IMG/VR virus record: IMGVR_UViG_3300043473_000044
Coordinates: 1-55,741 of that record
DNA length: 55,741 nucleotides
DNA from: a virus
Taxonomy: Duplodnaviria > Caudoviricetes
Reading direction: 5' to 3' (one strand)
How positions within the stretch are numbered: the stretch's first letter is position 1; the number at the start of each line of letters is the position of its first letter. The notes under the pieces were generated by a model. The model ran no database searches, was not told the DNA's origin, and saw only the letters and a program-made list of their open reading frames with translations. Positions 17,499 through 26,098 of this stretch are shown one piece after another. Both the position numbers and the translations under genes were made by a program.

Positions 17499-17933
17499 AT
17501 GAAAAACCAGACAGAACCGAAACTGTTCGAACTGATAGCGCGCATTAAAGCGCTACAAACGCAGCAAGCGGACTATAACGCGCCAGCGCTGACCATAGCC
17601 GAAGCGAACGAACTGGAAAAAGCTATCCGCACCGTCGAGCACATTACAAATATGTCATATAGAAAACCGGAACCAGCACCGGCAGATGAGCGCGATTCAA
17701 TAACAATTACTTGGAACATTGACGATGTTTTTGATTTGGCAGAACGTGAAGGGCGCGAAAAACCGACAATCGAACAGGCGCGCGAAGTGCTGGCACGCGA
17801 AGTGCTGGCAATGGCTGACAAACATCACGATGCAAATTATGGAATTTCTTGGGATACCTTATCCCATTATTTGCATGAAGTGTGCGGCGACAGCAGCGCG
17901 GACGAAGACGTAAGCGAGGGGGGCGCAATATGA
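17499..17933 (+). CDS. Early hypothetical protein
   Basis: SI.I.W.IDDV ... A.EVL ... HDAN.GISWD pattern; 15-bp tandem duplication at 17781-17810. Confidence 0.7.
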   Translation: MKNQTEPKLFELIARIKALQTQQADYNAPALTIAEANELEKAIRTVEHITNMSYRKPEPAPADERDSITITWNIDDVFDLAEREGREKPTIEQAREVLAREVLAMADKHHDANYGISWDTLSHYLHEVCGDSSADEDVSEGGAI

Positions 17934-18202
17934 GAACTAAGATAATAAAAGTGATTGCCTATAAAGCGACAGACGGCAAATTATTTGAAGATAAGAACGA
18001 CGCGCTAGAGCATAGCCGCTGCTTATGGGAGGAAAGACTAGCGGCTTTCATGGGTAAATTAAAATTGGACGATACGCAAAACCCGATTAAAAACCATACC
18101 AAGCTAATGGAATTCATGCTTAAAAATGCGCTAGTGCTACGGGATATTTTCAATGCGGCGGCATACTCTGAAAGCGAGGGGGGCGAAAATGATGATTGCT
18201 AA
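17930..18202 (+). CDS. Early hypothetical protein
   Basis: ATGA overlap start MRTKII; AY.A.DGKLF motif. Confidence 0.65.
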   Translation: MRTKIIKVIAYKATDGKLFEDKNDALEHSRCLWEERLAAFMGKLKLDDTQNPIKNHTKLMEFMLKNALVLRDIFNAAAYSESEGGENDDC

Positions 18203-18668
18203 GTTACCAGCACCGGACGCGGCGCAATTACACGCTACCCAATATGATAATAAAGAAGTGATCCGGCATTACCATGTTATTGGTTTATTCGAGGGGCGCA
18301 TGATCGACTTCATAGATTGCCGGTTATACATGGGCAAGTCGCCTTGTGCGTCTGTTGTGTACGCTTCGATATGGGTCAAGGGAGAACCGACGGTCAGAGA
18401 AGGGGCGCACCCGTTCCGCTCAGTCTATACCGCTTGCGCGCTTCATGTGTCCGGGCGCGGTCAAGCTGGCGGCTATGGATACCATAAACCAAGTGCGGCT
18501 ATAGACGCGGCGATCCGTAGCGCTGGTATCACCCTTGAATATACCGACAGCGCAGACAAGGGGCGCAAGGCGGACATATCAGGCGTAGGCGACGAGGCGA
18601 TCCGGGAAGCGTTAGAAGCGATTGCGCGCGCTTGCGGGGCGCAAGGTGAAGTAATGATAGTGCAGTAA
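18189..18668 (+). CDS. Early conserved hypothetical protein
   Basis: G.G.AGGYGYHK.SAA...A...AGI motif. Confidence 0.7.
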   Translation: MMIAKLPAPDAAQLHATQYDNKEVIRHYHVIGLFEGRMIDFIDCRLYMGKSPCASVVYASIWVKGEPTVREGAHPFRSVYTACALHVSGRGQAGGYGYHKPSAAIDAAIRSAGITLEYTDSADKGRKADISGVGDEAIREALEAIARACGAQGEVMIVQ

Positions 18669-18736
18669 GAACAAACGCAGCCGCGCCCCGTTAAAAGGGG
18701 CGCAAACTTAAACTTAAATCAAAGGAGCAATAAACC

Positions 18737-19291
18737 ATGACGACAGAAATTAGCAGCACCCGTACTGCAATTAATCGAGGTGATATTGAGGCGCGAATCG
18801 AAGAACTGGAAGGGGAGCGCGAAACGCTACAGGAAGCAATCGAGGAGGCGAAGCAAGAGCGCGCGGACTTGCTAGAAAATATTGAAAACTGCAAAGCTGA
18901 CAACGAAGGCGAGGAACGCAGCGCGGACACCAGAGAGGCGCTAAGGGACGCAAAGCAAGCGCTTAGGGACTTTGACGAGGAGGGCAGCATTGAAAACGCA
19001 GAATTCAACTTATTAGCTTTCAATAATGACGAATCAGGCGAAGGCGCAGAACTGGCAGCGCTTCAACAATTGCTTGATGACATGGGCGGCGCGGACGAAC
19101 TGATAAATGATGATTACTTTACGGACTATATCGAGGAGCTAATAAAAGACTGCTACCCGATGCCGGAAGGATTCGACGAAGGCGCATGGCCGTGGCGACA
19201 TATGGCAATGGACTATGAGAGCGCAGCGGACGAAGCGAAGCAGGACTATTCAAACGTAGAATTTAACGGTCAGACTTTTTGGGCGCGGTAG
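18737..19291 (+). CDS. Highly acidic ArdA-like antirestriction / DNA-mimic candidate
   Basis: Very D/E-rich; F.DY.EEL..D....P ... DYE..A.E...DY resembles the ArdA C-terminal domain; AAGGAG RBS. Confidence 0.5.
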   Translation: MTTEISSTRTAINRGDIEARIEELEGERETLQEAIEEAKQERADLLENIENCKADNEGEERSADTREALRDAKQALRDFDEEGSIENAEFNLLAFNNDESGEGAELAALQQLLDDMGGADELINDDYFTDYIEELIKDCYPMPEGFDEGAWPWRHMAMDYESAADEAKQDYSNVEFNGQTFWAR

Positions 19292-19300
19292 TAATCAGGG

Positions 19301-19358
19301 AGCACCAGCGGGGCGCAATGTCGCGCCCCGTTTTAACTTTGATTGAGGATTTTAAAAA
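19301..19358 (+). promoter_or_regulatory. Cassette leader element copy 4
   Basis: AGCACCAGC, CGGGGCGC-aatgtc-GCGCCCCG, TTAACTT, GAGGA RBS. Confidence 0.75.
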
Positions 19359-19568
19359 ATGGAAATTACAACGAACAACAGGCCGCGCAAACTAAACGGA
19401 AAGGCTTTTAAGTACAGAGGGCGCTTTTTTCATCTTGATAATTTTAAACAAGCGCGTGCGGTCATGGTTTTATTAGGCTGGCATGGAGTAGTGCATAACA
19501 ACAGGGGCGGCGGCATAGCGATAAAACTCACGGCGGACAATTCGCACGTTATTGTCGGACGCTTTTAA
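19359..19568 (+). CDS. Early hypothetical protein
   Basis: I.TNN.PR ... F.Y.G ... V.VGR. Confidence 0.7.
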   Translation: MEITTNNRPRKLNGKAFKYRGRFFHLDNFKQARAVMVLLGWHGVVHNNRGGGIAIKLTADNSHVIVGRF

Positions 19569-19592
19569 CTTAATCACTTTGGGATTTTAAAA

Positions 19593-19802
19593 ATGAGCAC
19601 ATATTACGATAGCCAGATAGCAGCGCTAAAAGTTGACGAAAACAGCGTATATAAACCAACTATTAAAATTTGGGGAAATCGCGGCGACAACAAAAGCACG
19701 AATCACTTTTCGATAAGCTTTGACCAGCTAGAAAAAATCCGCGTTATCTTGAATCAAGCAGCACCGGCAGCGGTAACAGCACCAGCGGAAAGGGGCGCTT
19801 AA
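19593..19802 (+). CDS. Early hypothetical protein
   Basis: GGGATTTTAAAAATG start context shared with neighbours. Confidence 0.7.
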   Translation: MSTYYDSQIAALKVDENSVYKPTIKIWGNRGDNKSTNHFSISFDQLEKIRVILNQAAPAAVTAPAERGA

Positions 19803-19804
19803 TC

Positions 19805-20080
19805 ATGTACTGGACGACAGGCAGCGGCATAATAAGCTTACAGATAACGAAGGCAGAAGCAGCGCAAGGGGCGCATAGCGGATCGTGTGACGCTGACATT
19901 CTGGAACTAAGCAGAAAGCCGCGAATCAGGCGACAGCTTGCAAAGATTGATAAGGAAGTTTTAAAACGGGAACTTGACCAGTGGGGCGCTTGGGACGATG
20001 ACGAACTGGCTGACCATGAGCAAAATTTGCAGCGCGTTTTATGGATTGCTTGCGGCGATATATCCGAGGGGCGCTGTTAG
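19805..20080 (+). CDS. Early conserved hypothetical protein
   Basis: H.G.CD.D ... GAWD..EL.D...N..R.LW.A motif. Confidence 0.75.
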   Translation: MYWTTGSGIISLQITKAEAAQGAHSGSCDADILELSRKPRIRRQLAKIDKEVLKRELDQWGAWDDDELADHEQNLQRVLWIACGDISEGRC

Positions 20081-20107
20081 AGCACCGGCAGGACAGCAGC
20101 ACCAGAC

Positions 20108-20131
20108 GCGCCCCGCTTGGGGCGCTTTTTT
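20108..20131 (+). terminator. Intrinsic terminator closing the early operon
   Basis: GCGCCCC-gctt-GGGGCGC followed by T6. Confidence 0.85.
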
Positions 20132-20145
20132 ATGGACGCTACCCA

Positions 20146-20214
20146 GCGAAGGGCGCAGGACGGGGCGCGCAGGACGACAGCATCCGGCGAAGGGCGCAGG
20201 ACGGGGCGCGCAGG
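20146..20214. repeat. 28-bp direct repeat x2 (GCGAAGGGCGCAGGACGGGGCGCGCAGG)
   Basis: 20146-20173 and 20187-20214. Confidence 0.95.
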
Positions 20215-20286
20215 GTTTTTATGCTTTTTGGATTTTTTGACCCAAAAATCGGCCTCGATTTTTCCGCGCCCGACCCATGGTGAAGC

Positions 20287-20320
20287 ATCCCACACCGCGC
20301 AAAATCCCACACCGCGCAAA
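20287..20320. repeat. 17-bp tandem repeat x2 (ATCCCACACCGCGCAAA)
   Basis: 20287-20303 and 20304-20320. Confidence 0.95.
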
Positions 20321-20427
20321 ATAGTGTATTATGCGCGCTGAAGGTTTCGGATCAGTCCGCTATCGTCAGCCTGAACCCTCCTATTACTGATCTCCCCGAG
20401 AGTCACTGATATGGAGGGTTCAACTTT

Positions 20428-22404
20428 TTACGGGTTATTTATCTCTACCCGCCCATCCACAATGATTACCTGATTTGCTTTCTCAAGCTTATCAAGCCCT
20501 GTTCTGCCCCACTCCATTGCATGCACTTCGGCTACCGACGGCCACTCGCCGCGGCTATCGTGGTACTCCTTAACGCCATCAAGCACGGTATGGGCCGCAT
20601 CCCCCACCGACGTTCTGCGCTGCGCTTTGGGCGTGACCTCGCCCTCCTTCACAAAGCAACTGCCTACCGGCTCCCCGTCCTCATCCTCGCCCACCTCAAC
20701 CCATTCCAAAGTGAAGCCGTACTCAGCGCCTTCCTCTCCGTCCTTCTGCTTCTCGATTTCGGCCACGCGCTCGTTACCGTCGCGGGTCACGCATATCTCC
20801 ACACCGAGCGCGCCGCGCACCCCTGACCAGCCACGCGCGCCCTTCGATGCGTCCTTGCCGGAGTGATGGATAAGCAAGACCAGCGCGCCTGTGTGCTTAT
20901 GCACCAGCTTGCTGTTGGAGATGATCCGCCCCATGTCCCGGCTTGAGTTCTCATCGCCCCCCGGCATGACGCAAGCGACGGTATCGATGGCCACAACGAG
21001 CAGCGGGGGCGTACCCGGTACCTTCTGCAGCTTCTTCAGGCTCTTGATGAGGTCGGTTGTATCCTTGGTTTCCAACAGGTTGGGGGAATCCCCGAGCACG
21101 AACAGCGGGACGTCCTCGATGTCGAGATCATGGCGCTGCATGTACGCCTTGATGCGGTTCTTCGCCCCCATTGACCCCTCAGCCGCAACGTATGCGACCG
21201 ATCCCGCCTGTTTGATCTTGTGCTCCCTCCAATCGATGCCCTGCGCGACCGCGCACATCATGTCGAGCGCTAGGAAGCTCTTGCCGCTGCCTGATTCGCC
21301 GTAGATCATGCCGACTTCGTCCATGGGCAGCACGTCCTTGATGATCCATGACGGTTGCGCGCCGGTGACGAACTCGGACGCATGCTTGAACGCGAAGCGG
21401 TGAGAGGGGAGGGCGTCAGCCGGGTCCACACCGAGCAGATCGCTCACGTCGAACGAGTCCTGCGCGTTCTCCTCGATGATGTCGAACATGTCCGCCACGC
21501 GGATGCCGATCGCCTCCTTGAACTCTGTGTCGGTACGGTGAGCGCAGCTTGCGTGGAGGCAATGGAAGTGCCCCTCGACGTAGCCGCCGGTATGGGGAGG
21601 GTAGTACACGGTTTCCGTGGTGCCGCCGGACATGGAGTGACCATCCACGAAGGGGCAGACGATACTGAGCATGCCGTCCGCGCGCTGGTCGATGATCTGG
21701 CCGCGCTCACTCAGCGCTTGCACTATGGGATCGTTGGCGACCGCTTCGGAGAGGCGCAGCGCCTTGGTAGGCAGCGATGATTCGACCGATTCTTCGACCG
21801 CGAAGCGCTCCTCAAGCTCCTTCCACAACGAGTTGAATTCGGTCAGGGTCAGCGCCGTGATGTGTGTTGGCCAGCCTTCCGGCCACTCGTATCTGACCCC
21901 GCTTGTGTGAGTTGAATCAAGAAGGCACTGTTGACCAGTGCCTAGGAATTCTATGAAGCCATGCTCAGTCTTCAACCGGCGCTTGGGCAGGATGCCTTCG
22001 ACGTCAAGCAGGACTAGGAATTTGGGAGAGTTGCTTCGTGTGCGGAGGGGGAAGTGCCCGAACACGTTAAGCGCCTCGTACACGTCGCTGGCCAAGTTCT
22101 CGTCACCGATATCAACATCGATCGCACGGACATGTCGGGTCTGCATGCACAGGCCGAGTTCGGGATTCTTTGACCATCGCGTGATCTCGGCTTCCGTGGT
22201 CTGGTGTTCAGTCCATTTCGGCATGCCCACGGCCTGACCGTTACTGTTGTAAACGCTTGGCACCTTGCCGATGGCCTTGAGCGTTGATGTAGGGGAAATC
22301 CCTGCGTTTGGATTGGCCGCAACGGGCAGGAGGTCAGCCCCTAGCCCTAGAACAAGGTCAAAGTGATCCCACGCACCGGGAGAAGCCCCGTAGTGTTGGC
22401 GCAT
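20428..22404 (-). CDS. Primase-helicase (Prim-Pol-like N-terminus, Zn ribbon, RecA-type AAA_25 helicase)
   Basis: IDVD primase motif, CP...H...CLHASC, Walker A GESGSGKS, IDT, IHHSGKD...GARG.S. Confidence 0.88.
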   Translation of the reverse strand: MRQHYGASPGAWDHFDLVLGLGADLLPVAANPNAGISPTSTLKAIGKVPSVYNSNGQAVGMPKWTEHQTTEAEITRWSKNPELGLCMQTRHVRAIDVDIGDENLASDVYEALNVFGHFPLRTRSNSPKFLVLLDVEGILPKRRLKTEHGFIEFLGTGQQCLLDSTHTSGVRYEWPEGWPTHITALTLTEFNSLWKELEERFAVEESVESSLPTKALRLSEAVANDPIVQALSERGQIIDQRADGMLSIVCPFVDGHSMSGGTTETVYYPPHTGGYVEGHFHCLHASCAHRTDTEFKEAIGIRVADMFDIIEENAQDSFDVSDLLGVDPADALPSHRFAFKHASEFVTGAQPSWIIKDVLPMDEVGMIYGESGSGKSFLALDMMCAVAQGIDWREHKIKQAGSVAYVAAEGSMGAKNRIKAYMQRHDLDIEDVPLFVLGDSPNLLETKDTTDLIKSLKKLQKVPGTPPLLVVAIDTVACVMPGGDENSSRDMGRIISNSKLVHKHTGALVLLIHHSGKDASKGARGWSGVRGALGVEICVTRDGNERVAEIEKQKDGEEGAEYGFTLEWVEVGEDEDGEPVGSCFVKEGEVTPKAQRRTSVGDAAHTVLDGVKEYHDSRGEWPSVAEVHAMEWGRTGLDKLEKANQVIIVDGRVEINNP

Positions 22405-22409
22405 GGGAT

Positions 22410-22667
22410 TTACCTTTCAGTTGTGCGTCTGTCCGTTAAGGCATAAAGATCATCAAGGCTGACGAAGGGCAACTCCCCGTTCGTGGTCTTGTGCATCTCA
22501 TAAGTTTTTGCCGCTATCTTGTGGGCTAATCGCAGTCGGAAGTTATCGCGGTGCCCCCCGGCGATGATGTAGAGGTAGGCGACGCTTGTCTCTGCCGCTT
22601 CCGCCAGTTCCTCACGCTGCTCCGGCGTAGCATTGCGCATCCATTTGCTCAGTGCTTGGTAGTTCAT
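22410..22667 (-). CDS. Cro-like HTH regulator
   Basis: ELAEAAETSVAYLY.IAGGHR; lies upstream of the primase at a divergent promoter. Confidence 0.7.
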   Translation of the reverse strand: MNYQALSKWMRNATPEQREELAEAAETSVAYLYIIAGGHRDNFRLRLAHKIAAKTYEMHKTTNGELPFVSLDDLYALTDRRTTER

Positions 22668-22709
22668 GCTTAAAAAACCTTTTTGTGATTAAGTTAAAAC
22701 GGAATGAGA

Positions 22710-22738
22710 ATCCTATACGATCCATTAAGGATTATCAA
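22710..22738 (-). promoter_or_regulatory. Sigma70-like promoter for cro-primase
   Basis: TTGATA-17 bp-TAGGAT on the minus strand. Confidence 0.55.
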
Positions 22739-22773
22739 TAGATAAAAATATTTAACACAAGGTAATAATAGCA

Positions 22774-22782
22774 TGATATAGT
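22774..22782 (+). promoter_or_regulatory. Extended -10 promoter for the middle operon
   Basis: TGaTATAGT in an AT-rich divergent gap. Confidence 0.45.
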
Positions 22783-22827
22783 TTTCAGGCGTTTTTTAAT
22801 TTTTTAACAGAGAAGGGGAACTTTTAA

Positions 22828-23238
22828 ATGAGAACGGATGCAGAAATTGTGGCGCGGATAGCAGAGATAGAAAAACGTGATTTTTTGGGGTTTGAGCAGA
22901 ACGATCTGATCGCTGCTTTGACGTTTGAGGCAGCTAAACCGTACCTGATCGAGGACGCAACGGCAGAACAGTTCGGTGAGCCGGTACCGAGGGACAAGGA
23001 ATCAGTTCTGAAAATAATGCTGGACTACATGCCGTTCGCTTGGGAAAAAGCCAACAATGGCAGGGGAATCAGTGCAGCGCGCAGCATGTCGCACTACACC
23101 TCATGGATATGGCTGGCTGGGGATGATCTTGGCAATCTTAATAACTATCAGTTCTATGGCAAGGACAATTTGGTCAAGATTTGCGATCACTACGGTTGGG
23201 ATCACAAACAATGGGACGACGGCGTGAGGGAGAATTAA
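22828..23238 (+). CDS. Conserved hypothetical phage protein
   Basis: DY..FAW.KA...RG.SA.RS..H...W.WL ... YGK. Confidence 0.75.
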   Translation: MRTDAEIVARIAEIEKRDFLGFEQNDLIAALTFEAAKPYLIEDATAEQFGEPVPRDKESVLKIMLDYMPFAWEKANNGRGISAARSMSHYTSWIWLAGDDLGNLNNYQFYGKDNLVKICDHYGWDHKQWDDGVREN

Positions 23239-23265
23239 ATATCATTGGCTTTTTGCGAGGCCACC

Positions 23266-23883
23266 ATGAAAAACATTATGAAGCGGCACGGCTACCGGAA
23301 CCTGCGGGAAGACGTGGCCAAGAAGGAGAAGGCAATGGCGCCTAAGTATGTCAAGCCGCCGAGGGAGGCGGCAGTACCCGAACCGGAGCAGCGCCCGGTG
23401 AAGGAGCGCTATTGTGAGCCGGTTGATCTCGGGGTGAAGTACATCCTGACGAACAACACCCGGGTACTCCATGGTGTGACCCTGTACCAGATACGCGCCA
23501 TCCGTGATTTCGGCAACGTCAGGGCGGGGGACTTGGGCGGTTGGGTATCAGACGATGAGCGGCTGGCTCACGCTGGCCGGTGCTGGATCGCGCAGCAAGC
23601 GGCGGCGTATGAGAATGGTCAGATAAGAAACGCGGCGTGGGCAATGGACAGCACCCTTGTGAGGGGCAACGCGCTCCTTGCGGGGACTTCGTACATTGCC
23701 GACAAGGTGGTGTTGGAAGGCAATTGCAGGATCACAGACGAGGTTCATCTGTACGGCGATATAAAGATTGGCGGCTCCTTGTTCCTGAAGGGGAAGCATG
23801 ATTTTTATACCAAGAAGGATGTGACTGATTATTTGAAAGAGGAAATTGAAAAGAGGAGAGCAAAAAATGGGAGCGGGGAGTGA
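23266..23883 (+). CDS. Left-handed beta-helix (hexapeptide repeat) phage protein
   Basis: LYQIRA.RDFG.V.AGDLGGW followed by degenerate hexapeptide repeats. Confidence 0.75.
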   Translation: MKNIMKRHGYRNLREDVAKKEKAMAPKYVKPPREAAVPEPEQRPVKERYCEPVDLGVKYILTNNTRVLHGVTLYQIRAIRDFGNVRAGDLGGWVSDDERLAHAGRCWIAQQAAAYENGQIRNAAWAMDSTLVRGNALLAGTSYIADKVVLEGNCRITDEVHLYGDIKIGGSLFLKGKHDFYTKKDVTDYLKEEIEKRRAKNGSGE

Positions 23884-25024
23884 AGCGGTACAACAGATGC
23901 TTGATAAGCTGGTGAATCACAGGGATTGGGACCCGAAGGCGGCGGAAATATTAGCCGAGAGGCTGGATGAATACATCACGGAAGTATTCAAACGCAGAGG
24001 GGGGATCGATGAGAACGAGGTCAAGGCTATCGTCTGCCGCGCCATCCTCAATGGTAATCCTGAACACTGGCGCACTAAGAACATGATCGATCAGGAGCTT
24101 GGGGTCGCGTTCGAATCACGTCGTACTGACGGTACTTGGAAGTCGGGATCGTTCATGTTCTTGGGGGGTGAGGAGGAGTACCGGAGGGCGGAAGCTCCGC
24201 TGGACAAGGAGGGCGTGGAGGACATCAAGTTGAAGAAGATCGAACTGGTGCTCGATGAGGAAACAGGCCGGATAGACGTTCAGAAATCCGTCGAGAGTTT
24301 CGTCGAGGTGGGATTCGATCTCCCGAAAGCGGAAGCACTGGTAAACAATCTTAACCGGGTAGTCAAGAAGTTCATCAAGCTGCGCGAGGACGGGGATATC
24401 CCGATGAAGCACCTCAAGCGAGACTTCGGGGGAGAGTTCAACAAGGTGATCGAGGCAGCGCTTGAGGAGCAGTTCGGTACGCCAGATGAGCCGGATGTGG
24501 AGGGACTGAGAACAAGAGCGATCGCAGAGTTGACCGGGATCGGTATGCGCCCGGAACGCGCTCAGAAGCTGCTCTCCGATATGGAGAGATTGGCGGATAA
24601 GGTATCTGATATCAATGGATTGGCAGACCCTGAAGTGGTTAAAGAACTGGCGTTAAGCGCTATCAAGGAAGCGTTCGGGGAACAAGTAATCAATGCCTCT
24701 GGAGACATGAATGACCTCATGTGGCGCTTGGATTGCCTGAACAAACAGGAAGACGGTACTAAGTACGAGCACCTCTGCGAGGGTACTTGGGAGAGCGGTA
24801 CTCAGGCGTTCATCGACAAGAAGGAGAACTACCGTGAGGTACCGGCGTCGACAATCAGAACCGAGAGGCGGTACATGGTCATGGTGCTATGGACGAATAG
24901 CAAGCGCGTGAACTGTGTGTACAGCAAAAGCGGTGAAACACTTACGCAAATGTACAAGCGCATGGCCTCTACGGGTGAGCACATTATGATCGGTGATGTT
25001 GTTGAGAGGGAGGTGCCCCTATGA
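23867..25024 (+). CDS. Hypothetical protein with internally repeated modules
   Basis: DGTWKSG/EGTWESG modules; C-terminus shared with 25215-25619. Confidence 0.7.
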   Translation: MGAGSEAVQQMLDKLVNHRDWDPKAAEILAERLDEYITEVFKRRGGIDENEVKAIVCRAILNGNPEHWRTKNMIDQELGVAFESRRTDGTWKSGSFMFLGGEEEYRRAEAPLDKEGVEDIKLKKIELVLDEETGRIDVQKSVESFVEVGFDLPKAEALVNNLNRVVKKFIKLREDGDIPMKHLKRDFGGEFNKVIEAALEEQFGTPDEPDVEGLRTRAIAELTGIGMRPERAQKLLSDMERLADKVSDINGLADPEVVKELALSAIKEAFGEQVINASGDMNDLMWRLDCLNKQEDGTKYEHLCEGTWESGTQAFIDKKENYREVPASTIRTERRYMVMVLWTNSKRVNCVYSKSGETLTQMYKRMASTGEHIMIGDVVEREVPL

Positions 25025-25218
25025 AAACCATACTGGAGGTACTGACAGCGCAAGAGTTAATCCGGCTTATGGTGACGAAATCAGAAAGTGAGTGGAGCGA
25101 GGTGTGCGACGCCATAAAGGAAGCGCGGGGAGGCGCATACCCGGATGATTGGTTTGAACTCATGCTTGCCTCCGGGTTGATGAGGAGTATCCAACAGTCA
25201 TGGGGGACGCCGCGATGA
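25021..25218 (+). CDS. Hypothetical protein
   Basis: ATGA overlap; W..VC..IK.ARGG.YP.DW. Confidence 0.7.
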   Translation: MKTILEVLTAQELIRLMVTKSESEWSEVCDAIKEARGGAYPDDWFELMLASGLMRSIQQSWGTPR

Positions 25219-25619
25219 AAGACCTTATAGAGGGCTTAAGAGCCGTAGGTTTAACAGTATTGACGGAAGAAGATTTGCCCTTGCCCCTGCCGGAAGAAGA
25301 TCAGACATGGCGCGACGATTTTACCAAGCGGCAAGCAGATGGTGAGCGGTTCGATGGTTATATTGAACAAGTTAATCTATGGCTCGTTGGTCAAACTTGG
25401 GATTTTAGTAACCGGGTATTCAAGAAGGAGAACTTCAGGGTTCATAGCTGCCGTGACCAGTTGAAAACCGAGACTTGGTACATGGTGATGGTTAGGTATC
25501 GCGATGGCAGGATGTGGTCGTATGTCACGCAGGACAAGGCGCAGATATTTGCTGACGCTGTCACATGGCCTTACGAGATCATCGGTGATGTTGTTGAGAG
25601 GGAAGTGCGTTGTGGTTGA
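25215..25619 (+). CDS. Hypothetical protein, paralog of the 23867 C-terminus
   Basis: TE..YMVMV ... IGDVVEREV. Confidence 0.7.
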   Translation: MKDLIEGLRAVGLTVLTEEDLPLPLPEEDQTWRDDFTKRQADGERFDGYIEQVNLWLVGQTWDFSNRVFKKENFRVHSCRDQLKTETWYMVMVRYRDGRMWSYVTQDKAQIFADAVTWPYEIIGDVVEREVRCG

Positions 25620-25654
25620 GCCTGATTACAAACAACTTAAATAGGAGATTTAAA

Positions 25655-26098
25655 ATGAATTGGTATTTATCACAGGCAGCAAGAAACATACTGACTAGCT
25701 GGATGCGCGAAGGGATAAAAATCAACTTCGTGAAGGGAACGCTCCGGGATACCCCGGTCACGAAAGCGCATGCTGATTTTGCTGAGAGCGCCGAGTATTA
25801 CGCCATACCGAGGCAGCAATTGCCCAACGGTTTGCCGATCGATACCTTGGGGAAGATGTGGCACGAAGGGCTGCGCTTGGAGGTTCTGAGAGAGGGTACC
25901 GCTGTCCCGCTCACTGACCCGGCTGAACTTAACTCTCCTCTCTGGAAGCTGCTTGTCCCCCTGCAATCAATACCCAATCAATTGTTGTCGGAGGATGGCA
26001 AAGCTGAACGCCGCAGGGAGATGCGGCGTCAAGTGCAGATCGCGCAGAGTGCCTTGAACACCCTGACAACAATGCTTCAGGAGCCTGACTGTGGCTAA
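25655..26098 (+). CDS. Hypothetical protein
   Basis: TAGGAG RBS before ATG at 25655. Confidence 0.65.
   Translation: MNWYLSQAARNILTSWMREGIKINFVKGTLRDTPVTKAHADFAESAEYYAIPRQQLPNGLPIDTLGKMWHEGLRLEVLREGTAVPLTDPAELNSPLWKLLVPLQSIPNQLLSEDGKAERRREMRRQVQIAQSALNTLTTMLQEPDCG

Noticed and set aside
13576-19592. Integron attC cassette array
   Set aside because: No integron integrase and no RYYYAAC...GTTRRRY boxes; kept as a non-integron cassette finding.
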